Shown piece by piece: positions 25,101 to 43,585 of a stretch of DNA of 64,000 bases. The position numbers and the translations under genes were made by a program. The notes beneath the pieces are model-generated. The model made no database searches, was not told the DNA's origin, and saw nothing but the letters and a program-made list of their open reading frames with translations. Numbering within the stretch: the first letter of the stretch is position 1; each line of letters starts with the position of its first letter. Source of the DNA: Zygnema circumcarinatum SAG 698-1b (taxonomy: Eukaryota > Plantae > Zygnematophyceae); assembly GCA_037447605.1 (NCBI GenBank), contig CM074821.1, positions 434,001 to 498,000 on the forward strand, in the 5' to 3' direction.

Positions 25101-25889
25101 CTCCCTGTCGTTCTCTCTCACCCTTGTGATCCTTCTTCCTCTCCCTTTGGGTATCCGTTTCCGTCTGGGCCTTATTTCTGTCTCAGTCTCGGACGCCGTC
25201 TCCGTCTCCCCTGCCCCCTCCTCGCTCGCCTCTCCCTCCCTTCCCCTCCCCCCCTCCCACCCAGCCCCCTCCCTCTCCGCCCCTTTTAGGGGGAGAGAGG
25301 GAAAGGGGGAGGGGGAGAGAAAGGGAGAGAGGGAGATTGCCTTCTCCCTCTGATGGCATCAGCATTGATTACCAGATGAGGACTTGAGTTCTTCGAAATT
25401 ATAAACCCTCCCAAAGGGAGCGTTATCTGTTGGTCTTGTTCTTAGTCGTTTTTCTCACTTCTCTGTGGCAGGTTCTGACAAGCAGAATGGTGAGAGCCTT
25501 CCAAAAGAGAGATGTAAGTGCTCTCTTTCCCTGCAGCCCCCCAGTTTTCTTCCAATATCCTCTAAATCTGGACTTCACAAAAATTTCTCTATTGATTCGC
25601 ATGTGGAATCCATTGCAGAGGTTGATGGCGGTGTTTGGGGACCACTTAGACAGCAAAGAGGGACAGGTACAGTTCTCTCACTCTCTTTTCTCTATTCTTG
25701 CGATTGGCCGCCTTTGTGCGTTTCCTGCGACTGACAGTTTTGTCTGATACTGTTGGGTTTTCTGTAACGGATTCTTGTCTATGGCAGTTGGACTGTCTCA
25801 CACTTGGCTGCGACATCCTTGTGACGGACCGCCCCGACCTTCTCCATGCCACCATGGAGCAGTGGAGCGGTAAAGATATCAGCGAGTGA
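22139..25889 (+). CDS. Glycerophosphodiester phosphodiesterase (GDPD) family protein with N-terminal transit-like extension and TM segment
   Basis: 12 phase-consistent exons: 22139-22420, 22609-22775, 22937-23072, 23213-23292, 23485-23575, 23742-23825, 24051-24119, 24285-24346, 24561-24648, 25472-25513, 25619-25666, 25788-25889. Motifs HRGG..WPENTMLAF, LEFDIQKTKDGQLVIMH and GCDILVTDRPDLL. Confidence 0.9.
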
Positions 25890-27447
25890 AAAAAATCCTC
25901 ATAGCTATTCACTTTTTTGATACTGGTTATGAGATTGTTCACCATTCCTCCTCCCCTCCTTCCTCCCCTAATTTGGAGGAGTTTGTAAAATGTAGCATGC
26001 ATAGGCGCCTCCTTGTTTAAGCATTTAGGAGGTCGGCATATGGAAAGCGGTAGTTCTCAATGCAAAACCAGCATTGAAATTTGTATCATTACCTCCTTTT
26101 TGGAAATTCCTGGGTGTATTCATCCTTTAGAGCTCCGGGTACCCTGGGTGCTTTGTGCACAGCAGCAATATTTCCCTATTTCATCGTTTTTTGCCTCCTT
26201 GCGCCGACATTTCGTCTCGAATAGAGCTGTGCGAAGTCTTTTCCAAGTTGCAAAATCAGAAGGAACTTTTGCTGTGTGAAGGAAGTAGCCTTTTGACTAC
26301 ACGTGGTCGGGAGCATGAGCAGAGAGACATGGCATGCCATGGCGTGGCATGTCTTCTTACATGCACAAACAATGTTGTGCACTGTGAGTTGGTCGAATTT
26401 TTTTGTGCATATCGTGTTGAGTTGTAACCTACATGTCGACAATCGACATGTTTCTGAAGATTCCGATACGTGGCCATGGACTTTAACTTTGAGCTGTAGA
26501 GGCCTCTCATACTTGTGGGCTTGGTATGACTCGTCCAACGTTCTTTCTTCCTCCTTTTGCCAACTGCCTTTAAGACAGCAAACCGTGACGCTGTATGACG
26601 CATGGGTGCTGTCTCTGCCACATGGCGGACATCCTCTGCCAGCGACCGTACGACCGGAGGAATGAAACCACTAGCAAGCTATATCGCACAGGTACGTCGC
26701 TCGTAACTGCAGTCGTTAAGCGCTGAGCGGGACCAAGTGCACATAGAACCTCAAACCCTACAAAGGGATCACTTGCCCTCCTATGACAGCAGCCGAGAGT
26801 TGGAGGCGAGCGGCATCAGTGCATCACACATGGCGGGTCGGAGAGCGACACTCGCGCGAGGTGTGCACTAAACCTCCTCCCTCCATGGCTCCCATGCCTG
26901 TCGCCCCTTTTCGCCCGCCGCCACCATCCTGGCCATGGCTTCCTTATACTTTCCTCGTTTGCGAGAGAGGTTACAAGGAAAATACATTGACTTCTAAGCT
27001 TTGCGCCCTTTCTCTGGCTGTGAAGAGCGCCTCTTTTGTTTCCCTGCTTTAGAAACCCTCCTCCTCCTCCTCCCTCTCCTCTCCTCTCCTCTCTCATCCA
27101 TCCCCTCTTCACGGCCTCAGCATGCCGACCCCGCCCACACTAGTGCAGCCCTAACCCTAAAAGCGCTCTGCGAACACGCTTCATTCTGGCGTTGCGTGAC
27201 GTGACGTGACGTGACGCTTCATGACAGTTAACTTCCATGCAGTATCTGTTCAACTTCTGGACGTGGACGGATTTCGAGTTGCATGGAACGTGATGCCTGA
27301 GATTTTTGGATTTGTGTCGGTGGTCGCTGACGTGCCGCGTTCTCTGATAATATGAACCAGTAAGGTGTCGCCAACGTGGTAATTGATGTACACGTTTTGC
27401 GCAACGTTTTTGGTGCACTACATGACAATTTTGGAGTCCCGCATGTG

Positions 27448-27582
27448 CCACGTGGAAGACTTCAGCCCGAGCCACGTGGCGGCGTCCAGATCCCAAATCT
27501 TTGGGAAATGGCTGCGTGGATACCACGTGGTATACTGCGGCTAAACCTGGTCAAGGCGCGTTTAGAGAAACGCCACGTGGCG
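27448..27582. promoter_or_regulatory. Cluster of four CCACGTGG G-box/ABRE palindromes upstream of MDHAR
   Basis: CCACGTGG at 27448, 27472, 27523 and 27573, 310-440 bp before the ATG. A (GTGAC)n run also lies near 27195-27217. Function is inferred only. Confidence 0.45.
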
Positions 27583-27889
27583 ATCCACAATTGCGAAGTA
27601 CGACTTCAAAACTGGCATAGCCGCCGCCAGACAACTGTAGCTAAATAGAAACTAGTACTACGCTGCAAGCCATTCAGCTCGTATGCTGGAAAACTGTTTG
27701 ATGGACTGCTTTGGTGAGCACAACGCTCAGCGAGAATCAAAATATTTTTCTGAAAGTATACCATTCATCATCATCATCCTATTCATCATCATCTTGACCA
27801 TACTATCGCGACAGCTGAATTCTGAAGCCGAGAAAGCCTGTATCTGATCCTTGTCCTCGATCCAACTTTCTCATCGTCCTGCATCTTGA

Positions 27890-34023
<6,134 letters not shown>

Positions 34024-35864
34024 GTGTCCGCTCTGCTCTGGTCGGTAAGAGTCAGAGACATCTCAAAGGAATGAAACCCTGCCAGGAAACAAGGTGTGTG
34101 CCCCTAAATGCAGCATAATGTTGTAGGGCGCCAGCGGTTTCTATGTGCGGCTTAGGAAAGATTCAGTCAGTAGCCGCTGATTGTACGGATACAGAGAGGT
34201 TTCTGGAACTGTGTTGTTGTGCCTAGGAGCAGAGTTCAGCTTATTGCTCCGTTCGTCCTAGGTCCTTTGTGACCGTTTCCCCTTGATTGCATATGTTGTT
34301 TTTGTCCATGTATCTTTGACGGCATGGCCATCGTCAAATCAATTCCAATTCATTCTTCCCATTGACGGTTTAGTTTAGTTAGTTACTTCATGCTGCCAAT
34401 GACGTCTCGCGACCCTGGCAAATACATCCTGTAAATTAAAGAATTGTGTATATGGCGAGTTGTCGAGTAGTCGTCGTTGTACTTGTTGATTAAATAATCG
34501 ACTGTACTGTCGAGTGATTGGCCACTAGCCAGTGCATTGTCGGAGAGCAATGCTCTCTTAATAAATTTGGCTCAGTTCGCTGTTCGATCACGTCACCCCC
34601 TACTTCCGGCCCGCGAAACACAGCCTCACACAGCAGATGGGGTCACATGGTTTTTGGCTTTTAGCGTCTCGGTGTTCCTCGGCCGCTGCATGCGTTTTCA
34701 ACAGTCATATTATGGTCCCTCTCCCCGCGGTATTTGGCACGGCCTTGTTCCAGGACTCAAGGGGGGCTAAGTCCCCTTTCAATAGAAAAAAATGAATTTT
34801 CAAAATCTCCGGGGGGCTCAGCCTGCAGCACTCTCTGTGGCGGTGTTGGACCACCACTGCAGCTGAGAGATCTGTTGTGATCTAGCGAGTTGTGAAAGTG
34901 ATGGCCCATTTTTGAGAAATGCAGGAGGCAAGGTGAAATTGGAATTCCAATTAAAGATTATTATTATTCTTAGATTATAGCGGTCTACGCAGCATCTTGG
35001 TCCAGCCACTGATTGGCTCTCGCAACTCATCAATAATGGACAAGAAGTCGATGAGGGTGCTCATGTGGGTATACACCACCACCTCCCCGTATTCGTCCAT
35101 CTCTACCATTTTTGAAAAACAAAACCCTCGCACTACAGCCCTTGCGCTACAGTCATTGCGCTACAGCCTACAGCCCTTACGCTACAGCCCCCGCGCTACA
35201 GCCTACAGCCCTTGCGATGGGAGTGTACCGTAGGGGAGTTTTGTGCTTTTCGCTCCGTTACGTGGCCAATCGTGTTCTGCCACGTGGCAGACCAAGCGGA
35301 CGGGAACATGACGGTACATGACTCGGGAGGGTTGACTGACGATCTCTTAGGGTGGGGGTCCATCAGCGTTTGCCTGTACCGCCACATCGGATCATGAGTC
35401 ATGAAGGGAGAATTGCGGGTTCCATCAGAGGTCCCGCGAGCCAATCAGCGGACGCCACGTGGACACATTTATTCGTCCACCGTGGCCGCGCGTCCACCGC
35501 GCATTGGCGGCTGTGCGCCAGCGTGGTCGCCGTANNNNNNNNNNCGGCGCACGATTGGAAAACTCAGGCATAGTTCTAGGGAATTTTTTTCAGGGGGTAT
35601 GTTTTGGGGAACTACGCCTGTACCTCCACGTCGGTCCTAGTCGGCGCCACGACGGCGCCACATCATCCTCCAAAACAACGCCTGTACCTCCACGTCGGCG
35701 AAAAATCGCTGATGGACCCCCACCCTTAGTCGAGTCGGTTTCGTCAGGCAGCCAATGACGTCGTACCACGAGGGCAAATAATATCCTCGAAAATTCAAGA
35801 TTTAAATACGCGGCGCACTGTCATTGGCCATTCGGCCTGTACACAACGGCGAGCATACTGCCAT

Positions 35865-38800
35865 TCCGTCGCGCATTTTCAGCGCAAGTCCGGAGGTCGG
35901 CACGGACAGGCCTGCGACCTGTACGGACAATGCCGTCCCAGCCAATCACGTGTAACCAAGAAAGAACTTTCCGTTCCCTTTGTTCGTCGTATTTGCCTAA
36001 AGGACGTCCTACACGTCGCGCCAAATAAATAAGAATCTGATAGAGAATCAATGGAAACCAATCAGGGACGAGAGAGGGTGCTGATTCCACATTCACTCGT
36101 ACGATATCGTCAGAGCGAGCAGTACAAAGTGAACAGAAAACGACAACGCAGGTACAGACGAACTGCGGATTAGCGGATCTGATGTGGATGCCGCGGCTGG
36201 ATGACGTCAGCGTCACGCCGCCGCTGAGTGACCTACTGTACAAATATGGGCGTACGGTAGTGGATGTACAGTACATGGCAGGAGTGGGAGTGAGGTTGCG
36301 AGGGAGAGTGAGGGAGAGGGGCGGAGGAGAACGGGATAGAGGAGGGAGGAAGAGATGGGAGAAGAGAGAAAGGAGCGGAGAAGGAAGGAAGAGGGAGAGA
36401 AAAGGAGAGGAGGAGAAGGGAGAAGGAAAGAGGAGGAGAAAGGGAAGGAGAAGGGGAGAGAAGAAAGAAGAGGGAGAAGAGGGAGAGGGAGGAGAAGGGA
36501 GAAGGAGGAGGGAGAAGGAGGGAGGAAAGGGAAGGGAGGGAAAGGGAGGGAGAAGAGAGGAGAAGAGGAGGAGGAGAGGAGAGGGAGAGGAAAAAGGGGA
36601 GAGGGAGAGTGAGAGAGAGAGGGAGAGGGAGAGGAGAGAGAGAGAGGGAGAGGGAGAGTGATGGGGGATAGAGGGAGAAGGAGAGGGAGAGAGGAAGAGG
36701 GCGAGGGGGTGGGGGACAAGGAGGAGGAGAGGGGGTATGGGAAGGCGAAGGCAGAAACGGGAGGAGAGCTGGACAAGAGGAGAGGACTGCGGATGATACA
36801 GCTGGAGGAGACGGAGTGGGAGTAGGGCGCGAGAGGGAGTAGGGTCAGGGGAGGAGGAGAGGAGGGAGTAGAGGAGAGGAGAGGGGTATAGAGGGGGGAG
36901 GAGGAGGGAAAGATCCGGCATTACCATGAGGGAGGACGCGGGGGAAGTCGAGGCCCAGACGGGCAGCCATGGCGCGGCCGGGAAGGAGCTGCGCATTCTG
37001 GTAGGCCTTGCTGCTCGGGGGGAGGGCGAGGACTCGCCTCATGTTTGAAGGTCGGCCCAGGTCCTCCCTCCACTCCCTCCCTCCATCCTCCTCCCTCCCT
37101 CCCCTCCCTCCCTCCCTCCCTCCCTCCTCCCTCCCTCCTCCCTCCCTCCACTCCTCCCACTCCTCCCTCCTGCTCCCTCCTCCTCCCTCCCTCCTCCCTC
37201 CCTCCTCCCTCCTCCCTCCCTCCCTCCCTCCCTCCTCCTCCCTCCCTCCTCCTCCCTCCTCCTCCCTCCTCCTCCTCCCCTCCTCCACCCTCCCTCCTCC
37301 CTCCCTCCCTCCCCTCCCTCCCCTCCCTCCTCCTCCTCCTCACTTCCTCCCTCCCTCCCTCCCTCCCTCCCTCCCTCCTCCCTCCCTCCTCCCTCCTCCC
37401 TCCTCCTCCTCCCTCCCTCCTCCCTCCCTCCCTCCTCCACTCCCTCCCTCCCTCCTCCCTCCTCCCTCCCTCCCTCCCTCCCTCCCTCCTCCCTCCCTCC
37501 TCCCTCCCTCCCTCCTCCTCCCTCCCTCCCTCCCTCCACCCTCCCTCCTCCCTCCTCCTCCTCCTCCCTCCTCCCTCCCTCCCATCCTCCCTCCCTCCTC
37601 CTCCTCCCCTCCCTCCTCCTCCTCCTCCTCCTCCCTCCCTCCTCCTCCTCCCTCCCTCCTCCCTCCCTCCCTCCCTCCCTCCCTCCCTCACCCCTCCCTC
37701 CTCCTCCCTCCCTCCCGCCCTCCCTCCCTCCCTCCCTCCTCCTCCCTCCTCCCTCCCTCCCTCCCTCCCTCCCTCCCTCCTCACTCCCTCCCTCCTCCCT
37801 CCCTCCTCCCTCCTCCCTCCCTCCCTCCTCCCTCCTCCCTCCCTCCTCCTCCTCCTCCTCCTCCTCCCTCCTCCCTCCTCCTCCTCCCTCCTCCCTCCTC
37901 CACTCCCTCCCTCCCTCCCTCCTCCCTCCTCCTCCCTCTCCCTCCACTCCTCTCCCTCCCTCCTCCTCCTCCCTCCCTCCTCCTCCCTCCCTCCTCCCTC
38001 CTCCCTCCCTCCCTCCCTCCCCTCCCTCCCTCCCTCCCTCCTCCTCCCTCCTCCACTCCTCCCTCCTCCCTCCTCCTCCTCCTCCACTCCTCCTCCCTCC
38101 CTCCTCCACTCCTCCCTCCCTCCTCCCTCCTCCCTCCCTCCTCCCTCCCTCCCTCCTCCTCCTCCCTCCCTCCTCCCTCCCTCCCTCCTCCTCCACTCCC
38201 TCCTCCTCCTCCCTCCTCCTCCTCCTCCTCCTCCTCCTCCCTTTCCTCACCTCCCTCCCTCCTCCCTCCCTCCCTCCCTCCCTCCCTCCCTCCCTCCTCC
38301 TGCTCCTCCCTCCCTCCTCCCTCCCTCCTCCTCCCACCTCCTCCCTCCCTCCCTCCTCCTCCCTCCCTCCTCCCTCCTCCCTCCTCCCTCCCTCCCTCCT
38401 CCCTCCCTCCCTCCTCCCTCCCTCCCTCCCTCCCTCCCTCCCTCCCTCCCTCCCTCCTCCCTCCCTCCCTCCTCCCTCCCTCCTCCCTCCCTCACCCCTC
38501 CCTCCCTCCTCCCTCCCTCCCTCCCTCCCCTCCCTCCCTCCTCCCACCCTCCCTCCCTCCTCCCCTCCCTGGCCCAGGTCAGTTGCGGGTCCAATTTTGG
38601 GGTCGAGTCGTAGGTCCCGTTCCGGCCTTGATGCGAGCTGCAGCGGCGCACGACCGCGGATCGGCGAACGGAGGGGACACAGAGCTGCTCCGCACTCGGG
38701 CCTTCACGCAGCACGGAGGGATGTCAATATCTGGGAGATTGCTTTGAATGTTAAAAGTGAGATAGAAAAGTTTCACTGCATGAATACAGACCTTGGTTCT

Positions 38801-39492
38801 ATATGGGAGCATCACGGATGTAGGAGTACGCTGAACCATCTGGGGACAGGTATGCTGTGAGCTGTGTTTCTGCGAAGTTAAATGTCTGACTCTCGGCATT
38901 GCATCGCCGGTTCAACAGGGAGTTGGGTAGGTCACTCGCCGAACCTTCGCTTGGTTCGTTGTTTATTCCTCCTGGCGGGCTCCACGCTTGCAACAGGCGC
39001 TGCCCGCCATGAAACCACGAGTAAGCGCGGCAGCCATGCAATCGCCATGCTATCTGGACAAACTTCTTGCACCGTCCCTGCATCTTCGATTTCATGACAA
39101 AGACATCGAATGCAGAGACCAATGTTGACATGTAAATTAAAAAAAAAAAAAAGGCTTGAAAGCTGGATTCACCATGAGAGCAAGTCGTTTCTTGTGACCA
39201 AACCTTACGTCTATTTTTTGTCTTCTGGATTCACACACACCCTCTGCTCTGCTTAAACTGAAGGCGTTCAGCTTTTGCGATGATAATCTTGGAGGACTCG
39301 ACCTTTCTCTGCCAAGATGCTCAAGCCTGGGACTGAGCTGTATTGCAGCCCTGTTTTTTTGGTCTGATCTTTTCTTTCCTTTTTTGCGCTTTGAGGAGAC
39401 CTTATGTCGTGTAAGCAGCTGTATGGCTTTAGCGGCGTTGCTTTTAATGTTCTAAGGACTTGCGGCACCTATACTGCGGACGCTAACCAGAA
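35865..39492. repeat. Inverted segmental duplication, copy 2, containing an expanded CCT/CTCC tract
   Basis: Reverse-complement match to 9290-11620. It runs into the 100-N gap at 39493-39592 just upstream of the LysM gene. Confidence 0.9.
37070..38566. repeat. ~1.5-kb imperfect CCT/CTCC polypyrimidine microsatellite
   Basis: Almost only C/T on the + strand; source of the Pro/Ser- and Gly/Glu/Arg-rich spurious ORFs. Confidence 0.95.
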
Positions 39493-39597
39493 NNNNNNNN
39501 NNNNNNNNNNNNNNNNNNNNNNNNNNNNNNNNNNNNNNNNNNNNNNNNNNNNNNNNNNNNNNNNNNNNNNNNNNNNNNNNNNNNNNNNNNNNCCTCA

Positions 39598-40655
<1,058 letters not shown>

Positions 40656-40962
40656 GAGAGGTGTCTGGAGGATAGGCAATGGAGAGACATCACTGCCGTC
40701 ATCCATTTGCAGTACTCAATGCAGGGGGCAGGGAATGTGCAGGGCTGTGTATTAGAGAGGTTCACACTCTCACCGTGTAGAAACATTATAATAACAATAA
40801 CCCCATTGTTTGTAAAGTAACTTCTATTAGATCGTCATTTTTCTTGACCTGCGTCATGTGTGATCTTTTGTTTTGAGATTCTTTCATGGCAGTGTTGAAT
40901 ACCTTTCTGAATCTACGTCCCATGAGAGCTCATCAGTGAACCTTTGTGATCAATGTGTGCAG

Positions 40963-42934
40963 TTGGCATCCCAAGTTCGGACCTTCAATACTTTGCAGTT
41001 CCAACCGGCTTCAATGTCACATGCGATTTGGTTCAGAAAACTTACGGCGTCGACAAAACTGACTTTTTCGCACAAAACATGGTAATTCCTTTTCAGGGTT
41101 ACATCACTGGTCCACTGATCCCTACTGCACAGTCGAGGGAGAGAGAGGGAGAGAGACAGAGAGTGAGTGAGAGAGGGAGAGCGTGATGATTGGCTGCAGC
41201 CTCGTGCCGTTTATCTGTCTCGTTTCCTTGCCAAAATTAGTGAATACAAAGCATGGGATTGCAGGGCCTTGACTGCAGCAATGTGCTGCCCGCTGGACAG
41301 CTGGTCAATGTCACGAATTTCAGCAACTGCTCCGTCCTGTATGCCGTGAATGAGGTTCGAGTGTGCCTACACCCAGCAATGTTGCTGCAGTTACTTTGCT
41401 ATCATGACAGCTGCTCCCTCCCTCCCTCCCTCCCTCTTGACCCTCTTCTCCTCTCCCTCCTGTCTCTCTCTCTCCTCTCACACTTCTGTCCTTATTCCCC
41501 TTCAGGGTGACAGCTGCTCGTCCATTGCGGAGAAGTTCAACATTTCGTCGCTCGCCGGCCGCGACTCGCCCAACCCTGACCTCGACTGCTCCGCTCTGCA
41601 GCCATTTCAGCAGGTGCGGGGGGGCACCCTGCACTCGCATTAGTTAGGTCATTAGACTCACAATTAGTCGCTCATCAGGACAAACTTGCATCTTCAAAAT
41701 TCGATTTATTTCGGCGTCCTGGTTGAATACAGGGGAGTGTTCACTCTCTCCAGTTTCTGGAGTTTCTCTCCAGTCTCTCCACAGGAATTGGACAGCATGC
41801 AGATACAACTTGTTATGTGCATCTTATTCAATGATGTCCTTGTTCGTGGAGACAGCTGACGTATTGACCACTCCGTCAAATCCCTTCATTCGACTGTAGA
41901 GGTTGCAGGATATATTGAAAAGGGTCCGTTCTAAGAAGCTGCTCTCCTTTCCTTGGGATGATTCTTTACAGGTGTGCATTGAGCGCGGCCCCCTTGCCTA
42001 CCCGGGACCCTGCACGTGGCAGTATTTAGTGCCCGCCAATGAGTCGTGCTCCGACATCATCGACACTTACATGGATGGAAACGTGAAAGAGTTTTACTAT
42101 TTGAACCCCGGAGTGTACTGCGGCCGCCTGCTCATGGGAGGCAAAGAAAACAAAAATTTCGGGCAGGAGGTGAGGAGGCATTACCCAGCTTGTCCCCAAT
42201 TCGTTTTGCGAACTAAAGGGAAGAATACTGAACTGCTACCTGCAAAATTACCGTAAAAATCTAAGAAATAAGCGTCTGTGCCTTACTTGATGGTTCTGGT
42301 GCATGTCACATCACGTTTTGACAGTTGCTCACAAGTCTCTTCATCTCTCCTTCTCCTTGCACGCATAAAGTTATCGGTTCTAGTCCGTTCGCCTCCAAAC
42401 TATCGCGAGGGTTCTCTATACTGGTCTGATGCGTTTTCCTGCGTGTTGAACAGAATCGTTTGCCCATGTGAGGTGTCACTGATAGCGTCATGTGATATGC
42501 ACGGTGTATGTGTGTGATATGTGCTATGCATGTGTGTTTAGATGAGACATGAACGTGTATGCGTAGGCGTGTGCGTATGCGCATATGTTTATGTGTATGT
42601 GTGTGTGTGTGATGTGTATGTCTCATCTTGTAACGCATCATCACTTTCTGCATCCCTAAGAAAGAAAGGCATTCAGTTCAGTATGCTGATGCGGCTTGCC
42701 TGCCTCTCCCAGGTGTGCCTTCGAGCTGACGACGCGGGAGCCTCAAGAACGTGCACGGGGAAGTCCTACAAGGTCCTCACTACAGACTCGTGCGCGAGTC
42801 TGAAGAAATGCTTCACCAAGAAAGAAACGTTAAAAAAGCTGAACGGATTCGCATGCAAACCCGCCATTCTCAAGAAGCTTGTCACCAAGGGCAGCAACAT
42901 GTGCATCCCAAAGCTCTCAACCTGCGCCCCCTAG
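40963..42934 (+). CDS. Four-LysM-domain Cys-rich protein (5' exon not visible)
   Basis: Exons 40963-41081, 41265-41354, 41506-41613, 41972-42169 and 42713-42934 join in frame. Motifs YAVNE-GDSCSSIAEKFNI..NPDLDCSALQPFQQVC, YLVPANESCSDII..FYYLNPGVYC and YKVLTTDSCASL..LNGFAC..MC. The first visible exon starts in phase 1. Confidence 0.85.
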
Positions 42935-43585
42935 TGATGATGGAGCCTTCTTCCCTCCGCCCCTTCCTGTCTGCCGAGGACGAGGGCGCCATCGCAAGAG
43001 GGGGACCTGCTCTGCCGCCCTCCAAGAGCGAGCCTCCCGCGAGGCAGCCATTGAGCAGCAGTGACCTAATTTGTGGAGAGGGAGGGAGGGAGGGAGGGAG
43101 GGAGGGAGGGAGGGAGGGAGGGAGGGCCCTTCTGCTCGTGGTTTCCGAAACTTGCGCTATTTCTCGGGTCAAAGTCTAGTTGGGTCAAAACAAGTCGAGT
43201 CAATAAAGTCAATTTGAAGTTGAGTCAATCCTGGCCAAGTTAAGTTGATTCAAGACAAGTCGAGTCAATAAGTCAATTTGAGTCTGGTCAAGTTGAGTCA
43301 AGTCTCAGAAAGAATAAAGTTAAGGTCTATTTTTCAACAAGTAGAGAACCTCTCAATATTTTATCCGAGACAATGATGGAGAAATAAAACGATGCCGTTA
43401 GTTGATCTCCGGTTGAACTTGAACTCGGAAAGTGGACGCCAAGGTGGACTCAATCTGGTGATCACATGAGGTACCGTAAGGGCGGTTCACTGGTTTGCTG
43501 ACGGTTAAACTTCAGAAGTTACACAGGTGGAATCAGAACAACAACAAGCCAGAACAGGTTGAACTTCTGGGGAAANNNNNNNNNN

